64,000 nt of DNA from the human T2T-CHM13v2.0 reference genome, Homo sapiens. The translations under genes and the position numbers were made by a program. Each line of letters opens with the position of its first letter. Positions within the stretch are counted from its first letter, which is position 1. A model generated the notes under the pieces. The model was not told the origin of the DNA and made no database searches. It worked only from the letters and a program-made list of their open reading frames with translations. Below are positions 50,694 to 64,000 of this stretch, one piece after another. Location: the NCBI RefSeq assembly GCF_009914755.1, contig NC_060931.1; one strand, written 5' to 3'.

Positions 50694-52054
50694 TATTTAC
50701 CTAAGGATTCTAGTGGCCTGGGGTCCCAGATGCCTTCAAGCAGTTCAGCAGTGCAACATATATGTTTCCCTTTCCTTCATGGCTAATCCAAACATTGTAT
50801 CCTAACCCCAGCATCTCAAGCAGGGTGGATAGAAAAGGGCAGTCCTTTTTATTAGCAAAGATGAATCCTTCCAGAATCTTTTCAGAAGACTTTCCTTTCT
50901 ATTGGCCCTACCAGAGTCACCCAGGTACACCTAGTAACAAAAGGGCTAGAGAAGTGGCTCTGTCCTTCATTCTGGGCTGGATGGAATGCCACGCGATGTT
51001 CTGCTGGTGTAGAAGAGAATGGGAGAAGTGGAGGAAGGGATCTCAGGAAGACAGCTGGGAGTGACTACCACGGTAGTTCTCTATCACGACACTAGTCCAG
51101 TAAATCCTGCTTTGCAGGAGGTAACACCAGTGAGCAGCTCGCCGCTGATGAGATTTATTCCCAAAATAACTTTCAAATCTGAAGAGGAATGGCTGCTCTG
51201 TATTTCATTTCAGCAAGTCTCCATGGATATTATTTTTCTTTCCACTGACTTTATTTATAACCTGAGCTGCAGGAAGCTGGAAGGAGAAGCTCCTTGACAA
51301 TATCTGGAGCCTGGGCTTGCTATTTGACCAGTTAACCCTACGTTTTCTCCCTTGGCGAGGTTGGGGATGAGGAAACACCTTCTCTCCTAAAGATGGGCCT
51401 GATGAGGATGCATGGTTCCCAAGGTGTGTGGTGTTGGTCAGGGAGGAATAGCATGCTCTAGGTTTGGCAGGCCGACTCATTTGGCTTAGGCCCTCTGGCT
51501 AAGCCATACCGGAATGGGGCTCAGTGGTGAGTCAATCAATTGGGGAAGCATCTTATGTTTGGAGATAGCTTAACAGTAAGAAGTGAGCTAAGGGTGCTGT
51601 TATTGCAAGACCCCCATCTCTACAAAAAATAAAAAATAAATTAATGGGGCATTGTGGTGCCCAAATTCAGGAAGAATTTTTTTTAAAAAAACCTAAGGCC
51701 TGAGTCACATTTTTTAAAAATTGAAAAAGCTGTGGGGGATCCCAGTTCATGCTTCTCTCTTCTCAATCCAGGATGAGATGAGCAGCGCAGCATCTCAGTG
51801 AAGAGTGATGTCATGGACACAGTTGGGAGAGCCTTCCCTTGATTTGTTATTCTTGAGATAGGCTGAAGAAGGAACATGAGTATTCAGTCATTAGGGATGT
51901 GGATGGGTACACCATGCAGTTGCTCACCAGTCCCTGTGTGGGAGAGGCAAAAGATGCTACAGCTAAGAAGGATTTTGGTGATTGCTGAGATGCAAGGAAC
52001 ATTAGCCTAGCATATTGCTCATCTTTCCACACTAGCTGTCCCTCCATCTGCTTC

Positions 52055-52508
52055 TGAGGTAGGAGGTAGAACTTGACTCTGGACCGGATTGAAGACTGGT
52101 TGAAACAGGGAAGAGGCACTGAAAGCACTTCTCCATGAGACATGTCCATGAGTGCCGTGACAGTTTACCATTGCCATAGCAACACCAGGCAGTTACTGCC
52201 CCTGGCTGTGGCAACACCCTAAAGTTACCTCCTGTTTTCTAGAAATTTCTGAATAATCCATGCCTTAATTTGCATGGTATTAAAAAGTGGTTATAAGTAT
52301 TACTGTAAAATTGCCTCTGAGCTGCACTTCTGGGCAAACTGCCTGGGGTTAGCCCTGCTCTGCAAGGAGCAGGACCTTCATGCTACTGTGCACTGATGCC
52401 TCAATAAAAGTTGCAACACCACCAGCTCATCCTTGAATTTCTTCCTGGGCAAAGCCAACAACCCTCCCAGGCCAAGTCCCAACTTTGGGGCTCACCTGCC
52501 CTGCATTA
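52055..52508 (+). mobile_element. ERV1 (MER4-group, MER66/MER41-like) solo LTR
   Basis: tgaggtaggagg start, gacagtttaccattgccatagcaac, AATAAA, ggggctcacctgccctgcatta end; 4-bp TSD cttc. Confidence 0.75.
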
Positions 52509-52629
52509 CTTCTACCAGCTCTTATCATCCTATTTACCTGCATCAAAACCTTAATGTTAACTCCTGCCGTGATGTCATCACTACTGAAAACTCTTGAAAA
52601 TTGAGTACAATTATCTGTGATTGTGGATT

Positions 52630-52981
52630 AGTGTATTCTGAGTACCATAACAAAAGACTGTCTGGTTTAAACAACAGAAATTTTTCTCGCAGATCTGGAG
52701 ACTGGAAATCCAAGATGAAGGTGCTGGCAGGGTTGGTTTCTCCTAAGGCCATGCTCCTGGGTTTGCAGGTAGTGACCTTCTCACTCCCTCTTCACACAGT
52801 CTTTGCTCTGTGTGCATATCTCCCTGGTGTCTCTTCCTCTTCTTAGGGTCCACTTAATGAGCCTCATTTTAACATAGTCACCTGTTTAAAGAGCTCATCT
52901 CCAATATGTTTACATTTTGAAGCACAGGGAGTTAGGAATTCAACATAGGTATTTTGATGGGACAAAATTCAGCCCATAACA
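52630..52981 (-). mobile_element. MLT1A-type solo LTR
   Basis: aaatccaagatgaaggtgctggcag...attcagcccataaca. Confidence 0.8.
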
Positions 52982-53009
52982 GCTTGTAAGTGCTATTAAG
53001 AAGACTCAG

Positions 53010-53265
<256 letters not shown>

Positions 53266-54387
53266 TAAAAATATATATCCCATCCCAGAGTCCACCCTAT
53301 AGAGAAACCCAAGTATTTTTCCATTTGTTGAACTAGGAACATCTGTGGATATTATGAACATAAATATTTTATTCTAAGCCTCTATTGACCTTTCAATTCT
53401 CTGAATCATTGCAAAAATTATTCTCAGCAGTCTTTATTTTTACCACCTCAGCAAAATGATTCTATCTCAGCTCCCTGTCTAGACTTTAAATTCCAGGAAG
53501 GCAAGGCTGCATCTTCATACCTTTTTCCTCCAGGTTTCTGAGTGTTGGCAATGACACTCTTTCGGTAAATGGAAATTTGAAAGAGCCAATGAAAAAGAAT
53601 AATAGTTGAGGAGCAAAGGTTTCTCCTGCAGTGGGCCAACTGTCCGTAGCAACAAAGACACATGGGCAAACAAACAGTGCTTGCTTCTCTTTAGGAAAGA
53701 ATAATTATTTACCGTGAAAGAAGCTCTGTGAAAAAAAATAACTTCAATGTGTGTCAGGTGAATATCCTGTAAAGGAGACTTTTTGACCTTAAAAAATGGT
53801 GAGCCATAGCTCAGTAAAAGCTCATTAGGGAAGAGAGGGAGCTAGTCTGGGGACAGAATGTGTATTGATTGACTCAGAGGTTCTCTGAGTTTCTCTCTAT
53901 AAAGGCAATTTGCATAACAATGATTACATATTGGGTTTGAGGCAGTTACTGCTCACTGGAGTCCTTCCAGAGTAACTATTTCGGTGGTTGCAGAGCCCCC
54001 TCAGAAACCTGGCTTTAAAAGGAAATTAAATGTGAAGGGTTGAGTTGCTGCAGTTGTTAGCCTTGGGAAGGGATTAAAGGGGACGTTTTTGTCATGTGAG
54101 ATGTCAGGAAAATTCATGAGGAGCTCACTAGGTTGTCTACTTGGAAAAAAACGAACTTCTTCCTAATGGATTTTGAAAAAGATTATTTAATTTGGGTTCA
54201 CCATTAGCCATTCTGGGCAAGGGATGGAGGCGAATGTTACCCTTCATTCTTGTAGAGAACAGTGAATTGTTCTGTCTTTACAAAACCAAACGCAATTGAA
54301 ATATTTTTTTATGTGTAATTTATTGCTCTGCAGACAATGGAGTGGAAAAGTTATAGTGGTTAATTACTCCCCAAAACCAGAATATTG

Positions 54388-54426
54388 AGTGTGTGTGTGA
54401 GTGTGTGTCTGTGTGTGTGTGTGTGT
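54388..54426. repeat. Imperfect (GT)n microsatellite
   Basis: Direct reading. Confidence 0.9.
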
Positions 54427-54764
54427 CCGTGTCCATGACACAAAACTGCTTCTAATTTATTAGGCAATAGTCATTGGATTAGGCAATGTAAGTATGACAT
54501 TTGGAGAACAGTGCAGCCCCCCAAAAAAGTAGAATGAACTTTTAGATAAATGAGAGAGAAAGAGAGGGTGTTAGAACTGGATAATGACTCAACAGAGCAA
54601 GAGGTCAAGGCCTTTCAGTGCTAGTCAAAGGACCCAAAAAGGCCACTCCAAGCGTGATGGTCATATAACTTGAAGTGGAAACCAGAAAGTCTGGAAAGAA
54701 GGACAAAGAGCCCTTCCGATATTTTTGCTCCATGTTCTATTTTTGTTTTGTTTTTTTCTTTTCC

Positions 54765-55655
54765 ATTGTTTTGTTGAGATTAATTTACATCCCATGAAAT
54801 TCACTCTACTTTGGGAGGCCACAGGAGAAGGATCACTTGAAGCCAGGAGTTTGCAACCAGCCTGGGCAACATAGTGAGACCCCTATCTCTACAAGAAATT
54901 AAAAACAAATATTAGCGTGGTGTGGTGGTACATGCCTGTAGTCCCATTACTCTGGAGGCTGAGGTGGGAGGATCGCTTGAGCCCAGGAGTTAAGGACTGC
55001 ACTGAGCCATGATTGCACAGACACTGCACTCCAGCATTCATTGAGAGCAACAGAGTGATGAGACCCTGTCTGCAACAAAAACAACATCAAAATTCACCTT
55101 AAAAAAGTCTACAGTTCACCACTGTCTAATTCTGGAATATTTTTATCACTCTGAAAACAAACATTGTACCCATTGGCAGTCACTCCTCAATCCACCCCTG
55201 ACTTTGGCAATCACTAATCTATTATTTGTCTCTGGAGTTACCTATTCTGGACACTTCATATATATGGAAGCATACATCTATTTGTTTTTTTGTCGGCCTT
55301 TATTCACTTAGCAAAACGACTTCACAGTTTATCCATGTTGTAGCATCTATCGGTACTTCCTTTCTTTTTATAGTCAAATCATATTCCATTGTATGGATAC
55401 ACCACATTTTGTTTATCTATCCAACAGCTGATGGACGTGTGGGTTGTTTTGACTTTTTGGCTGTGATGGATAAGGCTGCTGTGAATCACTTGTGTACAGG
55501 TTTTTGTGTGGACATGTTTTCATTGCTGTTGGGTACATACCTAGGAGCGGAATTGTTGGATCATATGGTAATTCCATGTTTCACCTTTGGAGGAAGTACC
55601 AGACTGTTTTCTGAAACAGCTGCACCATTTTACATTCCCATCAACAATGTACAAG
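54765..55655 (-). mobile_element. L1MB-type 3' fragment with AluJ (54805-55090, +)
   Basis: tccattgtatggatacaccacattttgtttatc...; aaattcac flanks the Alu. Confidence 0.82.
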
Positions 55656-55946
55656 AGAGCACTTAAAATTGGATCCCCTACCATTTGCCAAGTACCATGC
55701 TGTCCTCTTGGTGTGCCTTCCATTATATGGGCTTGTGTTCATTATTCCTCCTTTATAGGATAAGAAATGGAGACTCTGAGAGTTTAACATATATGGGAAG
55801 AGAGAAAAAACATGCAATCACTGAGGTTAAGGCTATATGATCAAGTGTGAGACTGGAACCCTGAGGTTCTTCTGCAAGAGTTGGTGGGGAAAATGTTGAG
55901 TGCGGCCTCAAGGGCAGGTGCAGAGTGCTGTGAAACATAGAGTCTG

Positions 55947-56162
55947 TGTTCTTCATAGACTGTTTCCACAGACTCTGACCATCAAGGGCACTTTCTCAGA
56001 GGTGGAGGATAACTGGTACATGGAAGGGTGTGTGTCCATGTCCATCACCCTTGAGTGAAATATCCCAACTGTTTTGTTCACCTGCACGTACCTGCAGCCT
56101 CCAGATTGAGCTGGGTAGGTCTGTCAACTACGGTGAGAGGGCCATATGATTCTCCTTGGAAT
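55947..56162 (+). repeat. Block A, direct repeat of 57094-57316
   Basis: Shared tcagaggtggaggataactgg, cccttgagtgaaatatcccaactgttt, ttgttcacctgcac. Confidence 0.92.
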
Positions 56163-56340
56163 GTGAACACAGGGAAACCAACTTATGTAAGGTAATGCAA
56201 CAAGCAAGCATTGGGCAGAGAGATTGTGTCCAGTGCAACAGCTGGGGCCTCTGCAGGGCCACCAGACTTCCCTCTGTGCTTGCAACTGGAAATGGAGCAG
56301 GAGCAAAGGGAGGAAGGCAGGAGCCTCGCAGGCCGCCTGG

Positions 56341-56473
56341 GGTCCTGATCTGTGGGTCTGATCAGGATCCTGATCTGTGGGTCTGATCAGGATCCTGATC
56401 TGTGGGTCTGATCAGGATCCTGATCTGTGGGTCTGATCAGGATCCTGATCTGTGGATCTGTGGATCTGATCAG
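56341..56473. repeat. 25-bp minisatellite GATCCTGATCTGTGGGTCTGATCAG x ~5
   Basis: Units start at 56341, 56366, 56391, 56416, 56441; last unit has an 8-bp internal duplication. Confidence 0.97.
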
Positions 56474-56923
56474 AGGGAGAATGGAACAGGGTGGGCTGGG
56501 TCTTGGCTCTGGTCACTCAAGCTGAACAAGGTGGGGTGCGACTGGGAAGGCCTCAAGACCATCTGTACATAGTATCTTCTCACGCCTGCCTCAGATCATT
56601 AACCAGCATAGTATTGATCCATAATTTGGTTGTGTTGCTTCTCAATTATTTGTTGGTCTTGCAATTTCTGATTTTGGCTTTGATTATTGTGAGGTTTGCA
56701 GCAGAGAAGGATATAAACAAATAGATCCCAAAGTAAAGGGCTCCTCCAGGACTTCTAAATAAGCACCATGTAGCTTGGGCAGCTCCAGCTGACCTGCTGG
56801 AGGGAGGAAAGGCTGATGGTACCACCCATACCCGCATACCTAGGGAGGCCTGCTTACTTCACACCTGAAGGGCTTGGCTTTGGCCTGGGCTAAGAGGTGC
56901 ACACCTGGGAGAGTGACCCTGAT

Positions 56924-57092
56924 ACCAGAAAGAAGAGTGATACAGGGATTGTTTCCACGTCCATTCCCTGAAGCTCCTTAGAGATGGAAACTGGCATTTC
57001 AATGTTGGGGCCTCTTAGGATGTACATGTTCTGTAGGTCATGAAACCCCTAAAGGGTTCCAGAGCTTTTCCCACCAAAAACAATACATTCAG
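56924..57092 (+). repeat. Block B, direct repeat of 58538-59040 (second copy interrupted by an Alu)
   Basis: Shared accagaaagaagag, ccattccctgaagctc, gagatggaaactggcatttcaa, tcatgaaacccctaaagg. Confidence 0.92.
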
Positions 57093-58088
57093 GATGTTTT
57101 TCAAAGACTTTCCACAAACTCTGGCCATTGAGGTTATTTTTTTCAGAGGTGGAGGATAACTGGGGCATGGAAGGTGTGTGTTCACATCCATCTCCCTTGA
57201 GTGAAATATCCCAACTGTTTGTCTTGTTCACCTGCACACACCTGCGGCCTCCGGCTTGAGCTGGGCAAGTCTGTTAACCATGATGAGAGACAGGGCCGTA
57301 TGTTTCTTTATGGAATATTTACCCCCAACGTGCCTGCTGTTTCTTTTTCTCATCTGGGAACTCTAGCAAGGGAAGGAGCTGAAGTCACCTGGAACAGCTA
57401 GAGGCAGACCAGGTGAGTGATGGAATAGTGAAGATTGAGGAATCTGCCTGGTCAGATGATGCCTCGTGCTCTGAGAATCACCGTGACACTGAGCTCTTAG
57501 GAAATCAGCTTTGTTGGCATGTTCACAGGCAGAATTAGGACCAATATCTAGAAGGTATAAGATGTTGCAGACGTTGATTCTACTTAAAGAGCAATGCCTG
57601 ATTAGAAACTCAAAGGCTGGGCGTGGTGGCTCTTGCCTGTAATCCCAGCACTTTGGGAGGCCAAGGTGGAAGGATCGTTTGAGGCTGGGACCCAGATAGA
57701 ACAGCATAAAGATGCTAGCTTAGGATGTGAGCCCAATGGGGCAGGCTGCTCTGGGGGGATCATGGCTGAGTGTGGACCTCTGCAGGTGTTTATTCTAAAG
57801 CTGGATTCTGAACTGGCCACAACGTGGAGGGCTGGAGTGGCCTTGGATGATCCTGACAGTCTGGGTTTCTGTGTATTTGGTCATTTCTTATTTATTCAGG
57901 GAGTTATTTTTGGTCTGTTGAATTTATCAATTCTCCAAGACGTTGGATTTTACCACTTGTACATCTGGCGGATACACCCTAAGCTAGTGTCTTTATATTA
58001 CTATATCTGGGTCTGTTTAGATAAAGAAGAATTTGGCTTCTTCCTTTCTTTTTTCTGGTTTCTGTGATGCTGTAGTGCTTTGAGTTTT

Positions 58089-58383
58089 TATTATTCATAA
58101 TTTTTGGGGTGGGAGAGGGGGACAGGTTCTCACCCTGTGGCCCAGGCTGGAGTGCAATGGTGTGATTGCAGCTCACTGAAGCGTTGATCTCCTGGGCTCA
58201 AGTGATCCTCCTACCTCAGCCTCCCGAATAGCTGGGACCACGCCCGACTAGTTTTTTGTATTCTTTGTTGAGATGGTGTCTCAACATGTTGCCAGACTGG
58301 TCTCAAACTCCTGGCCTCAAGTGATCTTCCCACCTTGGCCTCCCAAGTACTGGGATTATAGGCATAAGCCACTGTTCCCAGCC
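58089..58383 (-). mobile_element. AluJ
   Basis: TSD tttgagtttt. Confidence 0.88.
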
Positions 58384-58526
58384 TTTGAGTTTTCAATCAG
58401 GCAGTGGGACCTCACATTTTTTCATCTGCATGGGTCACAGGGAATCACAGAACTTAGATAATGCAGGCTTTGGAAATCTGCTGATGTTGGAGACACAGTC
58501 ATGTCATTCCACATTCTTGCTTATAG

Positions 58527-58906
<380 letters not shown>

Positions 58907-59273
58907 CCCTGCAGCTCTTTGGAGATGGAAACTGGCATTTCAACCTTAGGACCTCTTAGGATGCAGGATGCACATGTTCTGTAATTCATGAAACCCCTAA
59001 AGGCTTCCAGATCTTCTCCTCCCAAGAACAATAAATTCAGTACGGAGTTGCAGAGAGGAGCATAGAATCCAAGCGCTCCAGCGGTCTTAGACCTTCTTGA
59101 ATCCACATCCCCATTGTACGCATGTGAGTTTCTTGTGGAAGGGATCTGTCCAAGGTCATTGGGCTGACCAGGGCTGACCAGGGTGAAGTAGGCCCAGGGA
59201 TCTAGGTTTCTGGGTTCCTTGGTGTTATCCTAATGTCTGAACCACATCCTCAGCTTGCTGAGCTATTTTTGTT

Positions 59274-59304
<31 letters not shown>

Positions 59305-59559
59305 TTTTTGTTCTGTCATGGTAATTGTTTTTCTAGCATGATCACTAGAATAGCAGTAGTTCCACATTTATCTGCCCTCTTACAGCAGACTTTTTGGAAA
59401 AATTGCCTCTTTCTGCTGCCTTCTGTTCTTTGCCTCTTGTTCTCTCTTGAATCTACCCAGGTTTTGGTTTTCTGAAATTGGTGCTGTGAACATCACCAAT
59501 GCATTGGCTTTACCAAATGCAAAGGTCCATTCTTGGAATCTACCATTTCCAGGGTTTCC

Positions 59560-59985
59560 TTCTACGTTCTTCTGTTTTCTTTGCTTGGCCTTTCTTTTTC
59601 TGATTCTATCAGTTGGTGTGTCCAGGGCTCAGTATTCAAACCCCTTTCTCTTTGTGTGTTTCTACTGCCCAGGTCTTCTCCTCAAGGAACTTGTCTTTAA
59701 ACTCCATTTAGACTGTGGTGAATCCCAATTTTCTATCTCCAATTCTGACTTCTTTCCTGAACTCCCATGTACTTGACAGCTTCATTTGGATGTCTACTAG
59801 GCACCTCCAATGTTGTATGTCCCAACCAAACTCTTGATTCCATGTTACATCCCTTCATAACCCAAGTCCCTTTTCTCCCCCTTCTCCATCTCAATCAATA
59901 ACACCAACATTCAACATCCTTTGTTGCTCAAGCCGTACATGTATAAGTGAGTTGTTCTTGAATCATTTCTTACTCTCACATATCT
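59560..59985. mobile_element. L2 fragment
   Basis: cccaattttctatctcc...catttggatgtctactaggcacctc...aaactcttgatt. Confidence 0.7.
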
Positions 59986-60419
59986 TTGGGTAAGCTGAGG
60001 TTTGGCTGATCTGGGTTTTCAGCTGGGCTTGGTTCTAAGCCACAGATTGGATCTTACTGTTTCATGTGTCTCATGCTTCTTGGATCAGTGGGCATCCCAA
60101 AGCATGTTGTCATGGTGATGTCAGGATGAAGAGGCTAGAAGCAGCAATGCAAGCTCATTTCAAGTCTCTGCTCATGACACATCCCTAGTATTTTGTTGGC
60201 TAAAGCAAGTCTCGTGGCCAAGCTCAAAGGCTGTGGGTGGGGAGGTACACTCAGCTCAGCAAATGATCAAGTCCAACATTAGTGGCGTGAAGATGTTTTT
60301 GTTGAGCAGATACATACTCTCTGCCCTCTTCACATGCATACTCTTCCCCTGAATTGTGTGCATGAGAAGAGGGCAGTCTGCATTTGCTGAACAAAAATGT
60401 AATGTGCCACCTCAGATAA

Positions 60420-60742
<323 letters not shown>

Positions 60743-61735
60743 TAAAGGAAGAAATCTACATCTAAGTAAATGGGATCTTGCCAAGAGGGTCTTTTTATGA
60801 AGAATTGGATGTGTATTTAAAATTGATAGTGCTTCTGAATACCTCTTTAGAACAGATGCTTTATTGTTTCAGATTCTATAAATTAATTAGAGATGATGGT
60901 GGTGGTGGTGGGATGTGTGATACTGATGATTTTGAAGAGGGGAGGAAGGTAGCAACATTTTATTAGGGTGATCCGTTTTTGTTCTGCCTTACTCTTCCTT
61001 ATCCTTCTGATTTCATAATTTACCTTCTATGATATGACCAGAATTGTTGTCACTCAAAATCTCTAATCACTGGGGATGTACCCACGTGATAGCAGAAATT
61101 TACATGCTTTTGGGAGAATTGGTGAAGGTTCGTGTCCCACTCTGTCCCTCCTCTTTAGCCCCTCCGATTAGGAATAAAAATGCTAGAAGGAGTGCTTGGA
61201 GCATAGTGGAGGAGAGAGAATTTTCTCCAAAAGTTGTTGAGACTGAGAGGGGCTGAGCAAATGCAGCATGTGACCTGGTGTACAGTGTCAAGCACACATT
61301 TGATGCTGACAAATTTCTTAGGTCTTGGCAGGGAGAGTGCTTATTCAATTCAGCATATTTCTTACCTGCTCCTAGATCAGCCTTTTTCCCCCTTGTGCAG
61401 CTTTATAAATGCTAGGAGGCTAAGTAACACAATTAACCTTTCATCCATCTGCTCTGAGAAAATTCTGAAGGTTCCCAAACTCTTCTTTATTTGGTTAGAA
61501 ATATTCTTTGCACAGACACTCTTGGGCATATCAGCAGCCAGAGACTGTCCAAGACAGACATACGTGTTTATCTTCTCCTCACACAGGGGGATATTTGTGG
61601 CAATGTTTGTTCGGTGCTGAGAGTGAGGTTCGGGCCTTTGAGATCCTCGCCATCACAGTGGCATGAAATCTGAGAGAGCATTGCCTTAAGGCATGCCTGG
61701 TGGCCTGAAATACAGAGACCCTGTTCTAGATCTAA

Positions 61736-62448
<713 letters not shown>

Positions 62449-62787
62449 TCAATTTTCTTATCTGCTGACTGTGGATAAAGCTATTCGGAGGATCAAATTA
62501 AATAACCTTTGTAGAGCAATTCCAGGAAGTATAAAGTTCATAATACATGTAAGACATGTCATTTTGAATAAAACCGCAGTTTGAAAATTTATGGAACGTT
62601 TGCTCCAAAGGCACTTCAAGCGTCTAACAATGATTCATATCTCTTGGAACTACAAATGCTACATGAGCAGTTCAGTTAATGGGCGAAAATGTACCTCCAG
62701 TATTCGTGGCTCTGAGGGAAGCACAAATCTAGAGACCTCTTAGTCCTTGTTTTGTCTTCTAGGACAGAATTTAACAGTGGATCACCA

Positions 62788-63165
62788 TGTGTTATAAACC
62801 AAGTTTTGTCCCCCGCTGAAATTCATATTTTGAAGCCCCAAGCCTCATTGTGATGCTATTTGGAGATGAGGCCTTTCGGAGGTAATCAGGTTTATTTGAG
62901 GTAATGAAGGTGAAACTCTTATAATGGGATCAGGGTCCTTATAGGAGAGGAAGAGACACAAGCTCTCCCTCTCTCTGTCATGTGAGGATATAGCAAGAAT
63001 GAGGCCATCTGCAAGCCAGGAAGAGAGCCCTCACCAAGAACCAAATCTGCGTTTACCTTAATCTTGGACTTCCCAGCCTCTAGAACTATGAGACATAAAG
63101 GTCTGTTGTTTAAGCCTCTCCATCTATGGCATTTTGATATAGCACCCCTAGCTGGCTGAGATACT
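62788..63165 (+). mobile_element. MaLR (MLT1A/MSTD-like) solo LTR
   Basis: tgtcccccgctgaaattcatattttgaagccc...ggacttcccagcctctagaac...ctgagata. Confidence 0.8.
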
Positions 63166-63199
63166 GTGGAAAGTATGAAAACATGGTCATATTAAGATG

Positions 63200-63597
63200 G
63201 CTGAAGGAGTGGGTGTGTTTAGCCTGGAAAAAAAAAGAAGATAAAAGGACGGTTAATGATATGTCTTGATAATGTCTTGTAATATTTGAAAATTACATGA
63301 TAATGATATGTCTTGATAATGTCTTGTAATATTTGAAAATTACATGAAAGTGTAATCTGCATGATTGATGTAGAAGAAAAAAATAAGATCATTGGGTAGA
63401 AGAAACAAAGGTACCCATTTTTGAAATTTTATTTATTTGAACTATAAACCAGGAATGCAGTGTACCACAAGGTGGTGGACTCTTTGTCCCTGGGAGAATA
63501 CAGTATAAGCTGGGTCGCCATCACTCTGGAATTTCTGCACCAAATGGGGTTGTGGGGCTAGCTGACCTCTCCTTTCTTCCAACCCAAGATTCTAAGT
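63200..63597 (+). mobile_element. L3/CR1 3' fragment
   Basis: gtgtttagcctggaaaa...ctctttgtccctggga...ttccaacccaagattcta. Confidence 0.5.
63254..63347. repeat. Perfect 47-bp tandem duplication
   Basis: taatgatatgtcttgataatgtcttgtaatatttgaaaattacatga x2. Confidence 0.97.
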
Positions 63598-64000
63598 TGG
63601 ACTGCAGGTGTACTAATTGTCCTAATACTTAGGGAACATTTTACTCCATTCTCTTCCACCAAGCAGCAGCTGATACAATTGAACTCTTAAAATTTCATTC
63701 AAGATATTAATAACCTTTGGACATCATGTCAGGGAAGCACTGAAAATGCAGGAGGGAAAATGTCAAAATCATCATCATAATTCAGTTGTCAACAAATATC
63801 AAGATCATCGTACTGATATATGAACTAGGGAATCAATGATGATTTGACATGAGTTAATGAAACGGCGCTTACCCATTTCTGACATGTCACCAGGAGATTT
63901 CTGTATGCACAGTAGAATATGATGCTAAATTTGGCCAGTGCAGTTTATAATGCACTCATTCATTCATTGACTCACTTTGGTCATTCAGCCGTCCAATCGT

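Noticed and set aside
56341-56473. CRISPR-like array of palindromic repeats
   Set aside because: Units are head-to-tail with no unique spacers, there are no cas genes, and the context is primate DNA; it is a minisatellite
63761-63849. 14-bp terminal inverted match with an ATGATGA (box C-like) motif
   Set aside because: Interior does not pair and box C/D order does not fit a snoRNA

Overview
Primate (almost certainly human) intronic DNA with no supportable conventional protein-coding gene. It is dominated by Alu, L1, L2, MIR, MaLR/ERV1 LTRs and DNA-transposon relics. A perfect 26-bp hairpin at 47840-47910 carries the sequence I recall as mature hsa-miR-3914 (MIR3914-1/-2). From memory, not from a search, this places the window in the large first intron of GALNT17 (WBSCR17), chr7q11.22, with the host gene on the + strand. 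The long ORFs in the track are read-throughs of Alus, LTRs or simple repeats. I found no evidence of a wholly new multi-gene system. The best leads are: (1) a well-formed 72-nt in-frame candidate exon at 40582-40653 with a downstream RBFOX motif and CA tract; (2) a ~245-bp, ~93%-identical non-Alu inverted repeat pair (401-645 / 1532-1775); (3) a mosaic of direct and inverted local duplications plus a palindromic 25-bp minisatellite at 55.9-59.0 kb; (4) a second hairpin of MIR3914-like geometry at 18568-18637 and two MADE1 hairpins flanking MIR3914; (5) a sense-oriented LTR12 promoter nested in an Alu nested in a THE1. Repeat subfamily names are by-eye recognitions, and boundaries of old repeats are approximate.
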